Positions 1-4,139 of a stretch of 15,951 bases of DNA are shown here, one piece after another; the stretch's first letter is position 1; each line of letters opens with the position of its first letter. The DNA comes from Candidatus Aenigmatarchaeota archaeon (GTDB lineage: Archaea; Aenigmatarchaeota; Aenigmatarchaeia; CG10238-14; SCSR01). The notes beneath the pieces were generated by a model that was not told where the DNA came from, did no database searches, and saw only the letters and a program-made list of their open reading frames with translations. The stretch spans positions 32,470 to 48,420 of the forward strand of contig JAWBTW010000004.1 in the NCBI GenBank assembly GCA_039000165.1. The letters run 5' to 3'. Made by a program: the position numbers and the translations under genes.

Positions 1-30
1 ATCACTTATTCTTTATAATTAGCTCATGCT

Positions 31-543
31 TTAAATTTTTAATTGTTTTTTGCATTTTTCACAAATATTTTTTGTTTTTCTATCGACGTCGAAAACTGTG
101 TTGGAAAAGCTCATCACGCACTCAGGATTATCACAATGTTTAAGCCCAAAGACATGACCCATTTCATGTATTGCTTCTTTCACCGCCCTTTTTACTAAAA
201 TCTCTTCATTATAAACTTGTTTGTAGAAAGTCGGATTAAGTCTTGCTATAGAAACTATTGCAACCCTTCCGTTAAGTTGGGCTTGGCCGAAGACAAAATT
301 TAAGTCTTCTGCGTATAAATCCTGGTCTGTTATACCTAAAATTCTTCCCTTAAAATTTCTCGAAAGAAAGTCTAGAATTTGAGGAGCTACATATTGATGT
401 CTGTAAGGATTGTAATAATCTTTCGGCAAACCTTTTTCAGGAAGAATTTCTGAAATTAAGCCAAAGGTGTCTCTTAATTCATCTTTTATGTTGTTTAAAA
501 CTTTTTCCGGAATTTTCCCAAATGGTATTATTGTTAATTTCAT
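31..543 (-). CDS. amzA: Archaemetzincin, zinc metalloprotease (peptidase M54)
   Basis: HEMGHVFGLKHC zinc motif (HEXXHXXGXXH) followed by C-x4-C-x-M and a distal CxxC (CDNPECVM...CEKC), plus FVFG and SIARL motifs. Confidence 0.93.
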   Translation of the reverse strand: MKLTIIPFGKIPEKVLNNIKDELRDTFGLISEILPEKGLPKDYYNPYRHQYVAPQILDFLSRNFKGRILGITDQDLYAEDLNFVFGQAQLNGRVAIVSIARLNPTFYKQVYNEEILVKRAVKEAIHEMGHVFGLKHCDNPECVMSFSNTVFDVDRKTKNICEKCKKQLKI

Positions 544-746
544 AATTAAATAATGGTTAAAAGAATAAAAAGAATTAACTAGTTAAAATTTTTTAGTAGT
601 TTTAAAACAATAAAAAATTATGCATTCAAAAATTGAAACTTGTTATGAAAAAATTTGTAAAATAGCAAGAGTTGCCTCAAGCGTTAATAGAGAATATGTA
701 TAAAAACTTATGGGACAGGAGGGATTTGAACCCTCGACACACCGGT

Positions 747-758
747 AACCGCTTAGTT
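747..758 (-). other. 12-nt tRNA intron at canonical position 37/38
   Basis: AACTAAGCGGTT lies between G37 and A38. The central helix is imperfect (C32-G, U33-G, G34-C, A35/G mismatch), so the BHB/BHL is relaxed. A boundary shifted by 1 nt gives the same product. Confidence 0.8.
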
Positions 759-787
759 CTTCAGCCGGTTGCTCTCCCGGGCTGAGC

Positions 788-804
788 TTACAGCACATTA
801 GTGA
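788..804 (-). other. 17-nt BHB tRNA intron at non-canonical position 9/10
   Basis: Central helix ACAG(4-7):CTGT, bulges TA|T and AA|G, intron helix CAC:GTG with TAAT loop, exon helix GGG(1-3):CTC(11-13). Confidence 0.85.
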
Positions 805-1585
805 TACTGTCCCTACGACTGTCCCATTTCCTACATAATAAAATGGTTTCTAATTTATTTTGCTTGTTTAGATTTTGAAATCCTATCTCCTCTTTTAAAT
901 TAATTAATGAATTTAACCTTTTAATACGTAACCTTATTCCACAAGTTATTACCCCATCCTTTCGTACATTGAATGTGTTTGATATAAATATTGTTGATTT
1001 TATATTAAAGAATTTTTCAAGACCTTCTTTAATCTCATTTAAGAATTGGAAACCATTATCAAGTAAATTTTGGGATTTCCACATTTCCAAACCTATAAAT
1101 GGGTTGTGTTTGCTGATGTCGACCGTGCCTTCACAATTGAAAACCATCCTAACAAAACTTCTGAAACACTCTTTTTTATTTTTAATCCAAGTTGGTACAG
1201 AAAACTCTTGCATTACCTTACAACCTTTTGGAACCCCTACTAAATGAAGTACTCTACTCAACAATTTACAATTCACACCAAAATTGAAAGTTTTTCCAAA
1301 TTTGTTTCCCTTACAAGGCCTCACTCTTCCTTTGATACCAAACAAATTAAAAATTTCATTTCCAAATATTTCTAACTCTTGGAGATCTTTTGAAGTAAAA
1401 TCAAATCTCCATTTAGGTTCACCTTGGAGATGCCCATCACACATCAAGGCTGCAACTATAGATGCTAGTTGTGGAGAAGAACGAACAGGAAACCAATTGC
1501 TATGTAAATTAATTGAATTTATTGCATGATCTCTCGATTTGAATAACTTTATTACATCTTCTTCAGTTACTAAAATCTCACTCAT
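788..1585 (-). CDS. Free-standing double-motif LAGLIDADG endonuclease (intein/DOD-type); 3' end overlaps tRNA-Phe
   Basis: Motifs LASIVAALMCDGHL and FRSFVRMVFNCEGTV keep the acidic catalytic residues. C-terminal EEIGFQNLNKQNKL resembles intein block H. No splicing (Hint) termini. ATG at 1585, alternative GTG at 1594. The stop TAA is the last 3 nt of the 9/10 intron. Confidence 0.88.
   Translation of the reverse strand: MSEILVTEEDVIKLFKSRDHAINSINLHSNWFPVRSSPQLASIVAALMCDGHLQGEPKWRFDFTSKDLQELEIFGNEIFNLFGIKGRVRPCKGNKFGKTFNFGVNCKLLSRVLHLVGVPKGCKVMQEFSVPTWIKNKKECFRSFVRMVFNCEGTVDISKHNPFIGLEMWKSQNLLDNGFQFLNEIKEGLEKFFNIKSTIFISNTFNVRKDGVITCGIRLRIKRLNSLINLKEEIGFQNLNKQNKLETILLCRKWDSRRDSITNVL
807..825 (-). 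repeat. Tandem duplication of the tRNA-Phe acceptor 5' strand (12-nt period)
   Basis: GGGACAGT-CGTA-GGGACAGT on the minus strand, with 7-mer copies at 819-825 and 807-813. Confidence 0.9.
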
Positions 1586-1645
1586 TTTTAACACAAAATA
1601 AATAAGAGATAGCCATTTATTTATCTTTCGAAATTTTAGTTCCGG

Positions 1646-1668
1646 TAAGTTCTTCTTTTAAGAACTTA
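1646..1668. repeat. Perfect 9-bp inverted repeat upstream of the LAGLIDADG gene
   Basis: TAAGTTCTT-CTTTT-AAGAACTTA. Function unknown (terminator, operator or element end). Confidence 0.55.
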
Positions 1669-1685
1669 GAATCTCTACAAACTAT

Positions 1686-2366
1686 TTATTTCTTACCGAG
1701 TCTAAACTTTATTCCTTCTTTCAGAATAAAAATTAAAACTCCTAAAACAACTCTTACTCCTCTTATTATTCCACTTTTTTTCTTGTACAAAACTTTAACC
1801 GGAACTTGTTTAATCTTAAGCCTATTTTTTAAGGCTTGAATAAACAAAGCATTTTCTATTATGTAGCCTCCATAAACAGCTTTGCTTAAAGTTTTAATTT
1901 TGTTTCCAGCTATAGCTATTAAACCACAGTTGGTATCTTTAAAGTTGGTCCCAAAAAGCAAGTTAAAAGAGCTTTTCCATACAAAATTCCCAAGCTTATG
2001 CCTAAACGGAATTTTTCTGAAATCTCTGTAGCCTGTAACAAACTCAGCTTCTTTTGCTTCTATGGGGGCTAAAATTTTCAAAGCTTCTTCTGGTGAATAC
2101 TGCAAATCAGCATCAAGGAGAACAACAGCCTTAATGTCATTTCTTTTTTTCAAATAATTGAAACCTGTTTTTAAAGCTTCACCCTTCCCTTTGTTTATTT
2201 CATGCCTTAAAACTATGGCTCCAGCCTTTTTTGCTAGTTCATAAGTTTTATCAAAAGAACAATCGTCTATAACCACAGGTACAATTCCTAACTTTTTAGT
2301 CCTTCTCACAACTTCATAAATAGTTTTCTCCTCGTTGTACGCTGGAATTAAACTATAAACTTTCAT
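1686..2366 (-). CDS. Family 2 glycosyltransferase (DPM1-like, polyprenol-phosphate glycosyltransferase)
   Basis: IPAYNEE, VIDDCSFD, NKGKGEAL, LLDADLQY (DxD) and DTNCG motifs. Confidence 0.9.
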   Translation of the reverse strand: MKVYSLIPAYNEEKTIYEVVRRTKKLGIVPVVIDDCSFDKTYELAKKAGAIVLRHEINKGKGEALKTGFNYLKKRNDIKAVVLLDADLQYSPEEALKILAPIEAKEAEFVTGYRDFRKIPFRHKLGNFVWKSSFNLLFGTNFKDTNCGLIAIAGNKIKTLSKAVYGGYIIENALFIQALKNRLKIKQVPVKVLYKKKSGIIRGVRVVLGVLIFILKEGIKFRLGKK

Positions 2367-2635
2367 AAATAGCTTAAGAAAAAATAAACTTTTAAACTTA
2401 AACTTCTATAACTTCTGCTTGCCAGTAGAACCTATTTAAATCATGTTTGTAAAAGATTGAAAACTTTTTTTTGAGTTAAAAAAAATCCTAAAAACATCTT
2501 TAACGCAAAACACATAAATTTTTTTCTTTTGACTTGATAGGTGATATTATCTTTTAATTCAAACAAAACTCTACTTGTATATTTGGTTTTTTTATCTCAC
2601 TCATCAAAGACAATAAAATTTTGTAGAAAAATATT

Positions 2636-3166
2636 TTATTTTTCAACTAGTTTTTTTAATGTATCTTCAAAAATTTTGTAAGTTTCTGAATCATAAAGAA
2701 AGAAAGTAACTTTTTCCAATTTTGTTTTTCCTTTGAGGTAATTTATTACGCTAGAAAGCATTATTCTTGCACATCTTTCTTTTGGAAAGCCAAAAACACC
2801 TGTTGAAATAGCAGGAAAGGCTATATTTTTTAAGTTATACTCCTCGGCAAGTTTTAAACTATTCAAAGTTGCGTTTTTTAACTTTTCGTCTTCATTTCCC
2901 TCCCCGTAAACAGGACCAACAGCATGAATCACATATTTTACTTTTAGGTTTCCTCCTGAAGTTATTCTTGCTTCTCCAACAGGACAAAATCCTATTTTAT
3001 CGCATTCTTCTTGAATTTTTGGTCCGCCTTTTTTTCTTATTGCTCCTGCTACTCCTCCACCAAGTTTGAGTTTAGAGTTAGCAGCATTAACTATTGCATC
3101 GCCTTCAAAATCTGTTATGTCACCTTGAACAATTTCCAAAATGCTTTTGTTGATATTTACTTTCAT
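2636..3166 (-). CDS. Macrodomain protein (MacroD-type ADP-ribose / O-acetyl-ADP-ribose hydrolase)
   Basis: GDIT, DAIVNAAN, GGGVAGAI, VIHAVGP and AFPAISTGVFGFP motifs. Start taken at ATG 3166, because the track's GTG at 3196 overlaps the tRNA-Asn discriminator base. Confidence 0.95.
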   Translation of the reverse strand: MKVNINKSILEIVQGDITDFEGDAIVNAANSKLKLGGGVAGAIRKKGGPKIQEECDKIGFCPVGEARITSGGNLKVKYVIHAVGPVYGEGNEDEKLKNATLNSLKLAEEYNLKNIAFPAISTGVFGFPKERCARIMLSSVINYLKGKTKLEKVTFFLYDSETYKIFEDTLKKLVEK

Positions 3167-3195
3167 TTCTAACCCTATAATTCTCAAGACAAGCA

Positions 3196-3282
3196 CGCCC
3201 TCGCTGGGATTTGAACCCAGGACCTACCGGTTAACAGCCGGGTGCTCTACCACTGAGCTTTCCTCGTAATTACTACGAGGGC
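3196..3282 (-). tRNA. tRNA-Asn(GTT) with a 15-nt intron at 8/9 (3260-3274)
   Basis: Minus strand reads GCCCTCG T [AGTAATTACGAGGAA] A GCTC AGTGGTA GAGC A CCCGG CT GTT AA CCGGT AGGTC CTGGG TTCAAAT CCCAG CGAGGGC G. G73 fits Asn. One C27/U43 mismatch. Confidence 0.92.
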
Positions 3283-4033
3283 TGCGAGGGCTTAATATAT
3301 TTTTTAACAACTTGTTTTCATCAATTAAATATTCTTCTATACTTTTATAGAATTTCCTTAAATTATTAGGCGTTATAACAAAAACTTTATAACCTCTTTG
3401 TTGTAAATCCTTTATCTTCTTTTTTAATTTCATAGCTTTATCAAAACCTTTCCACATGCTACATTCTACAATAAGGTTACCAACCTTGAAATCTGGGAAA
3501 TAATATTTTTTATTGACATTTATACAAGGTTCGTATTGATAATTTATTCCAAATTGAAATAATGTATCAGCAATTTTCTTTTCTAAAGTATTTCTGACGA
3601 GTTCACCACGTTTGGTTTTAAATTTGTAGCTTCCAATCTTCTTAAACCGTTCATATTGCTCTAAGAAATATTTTTCACCTAATTCTTTTCTAAGTTTTTT
3701 ATGTAACCTGCTAGAAGCTTTTTTCATCTTAATTAGATTTTTTCTGAATGTTTTGCTTCTAACCTTCTTTAAGTAGCTGGCTTTACCACCAATCCTTTGT
3801 TTCCAGTTTTTATCTAACCGTTTTTGAATAATTTGCTCGATATCAACTTCTTCTAAACCTAAAAATTTCATGAGTTTGTTAAGAACATATCGAGAAATAG
3901 GTCTACCTTTATGTTTATAATAATATATTGCAGATTTCACTACATTTAAGGTTTTTGCCAACTTTCTTTCACTACCAGCCTTTTTTATGGCCATGTTAAT
4001 TATGTTTTTCTGATCTTTTAATTTAAAATACAT
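3224..4033 (-). CDS. HTH plus PD-(D/E)XK (Vsr/DUF559-like) putative endonuclease; 3' end overlaps tRNA-Asn
   Basis: N-terminal HTH-like SERKLAKTLNVVKSAIYYY, a Lys/Arg-rich linker, and C-terminal GELVRNTLEKKIADTL..GINYQYE..YFPDFKV..LIVE. The ORF reads through the tRNA 5' half and stops at tRNA nt 43-45. Confidence 0.75.
   Translation of the reverse strand: MYFKLKDQKNIINMAIKKAGSERKLAKTLNVVKSAIYYYKHKGRPISRYVLNKLMKFLGLEEVDIEQIIQKRLDKNWKQRIGGKASYLKKVRSKTFRKNLIKMKKASSRLHKKLRKELGEKYFLEQYERFKKIGSYKFKTKRGELVRNTLEKKIADTLFQFGINYQYEPCINVNKKYYFPDFKVGNLIVECSMWKGFDKAMKLKKKIKDLQQRGYKVFVITPNNLRKFYKSIEEYLIDENKLLKNILSPRSPRSNYEESSVVEHPAVNR
3260..3274 (-). other. 15-nt BHB tRNA intron at non-canonical position 8/9
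   Basis: Central helix CCTC(3-6):GAGG, bulges GT|A and AA|A, intron helix GT:AC with AATT loop, exon helix A(-1)G1C2:G10C11T12. Confidence 0.8.
3276..3291 (-). repeat. Tandem duplication of the tRNA-Asn acceptor 5' strand (9-nt period)
   Basis: GCCCTCG-CA-GCCCTCG-TA, with copies at 3285-3291 and 3276-3282. Translates as SPR-SPR in the nuclease ORF. Confidence 0.9.
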
Positions 4034-4066
4034 AATAAAAACTTTGTTTATTACTATTTAAAGTTA

Positions 4067-4088
4067 CTTCCAACTGAGCTACGAGGGC
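4067..4088 (-). pseudogene. Orphan intron-less 5' fragment of tRNA-Asn (about nt 1-22)
   Basis: GCCCTCGTAGCTCAGTTGGAAG. The first 16 nt are identical to the predicted spliced tRNA-Asn 5' end, followed by a D-loop-like TGGAAG, after which the similarity stops. Confidence 0.88.
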
Positions 4089-4139
4089 TTTTTAAACTAC
4101 TAATATATTATTAGAAAAAATTTTAAAAGTAAGTTTAAT

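Larger units (their letters stand above)
711..813 (-). tRNA. tRNA-Phe(GAA) with two introns: 17 nt at 9/10 (788-804) and 12 nt at 37/38 (747-758)
   Basis: Minus strand reads GGGACAG TA [TCACTAATGTGCTGTAA] GCTC AGCCCGGGA GAGC A ACCGG CT GAA G [AACTAAGCGGTT] A CCGGT GTGTC GAGGG TTCAAAT CCCTC CTGTCCC A. All four stems pair after removing the two inserts. No encoded CCA. Confidence 0.92.
3255..4088 (-). mobile_element. Putative tRNA-Asn-inserted endonuclease cassette flanked by two versions of the tRNA 5' end
   Basis: A single nuclease gene sits between an intron-less tRNA 5' fragment and an intron-containing replacement 5' end. No integrase or transposase is present. Mobility is inferred and the boundaries are approximate. 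Confidence 0.65.

Noticed and set aside
620..703. 27-codon plus-strand ORF (MHSKIETCYEKICKIARVASSVNREYV)
   Set aside because: Short, no recognisable motif or RBS, and expected by chance in an intergenic spacer.
835..842. TATA-like TTTATTAT inside the LAGLIDADG ORF about 25 nt upstream of tRNA-Phe
   Set aside because: A plausible internal promoter, but indistinguishable from background in such AT-rich DNA.
1595..1685. Search for an intron-less tRNA-Phe 5' fragment (GGGACAGTAGCTC) equivalent to the Asn orphan
   Set aside because: Not found here or noticed elsewhere in the window, so the Phe cassette lacks this element of the Asn layout.
2367..2635. 269-nt AT-rich spacer with short broken minus-strand frames
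   Set aside because: It could be a decayed gene, but I see no recognisable homology, repeat, RNA structure or tRNA fragment.
3167..3196. GTG-initiated extension of the macrodomain ORF
   Set aside because: It overlaps the tRNA-Asn 3' end. The domain starts at ATG 3166.
3259..4080. Whole nuclease gene as one giant tRNA intron
   Set aside because: The local 15-nt intron already forms the better BHB and yields a complete tRNA, and no good BHB joins the upstream fragment to the downstream exon. Kept only as a testable alternative.
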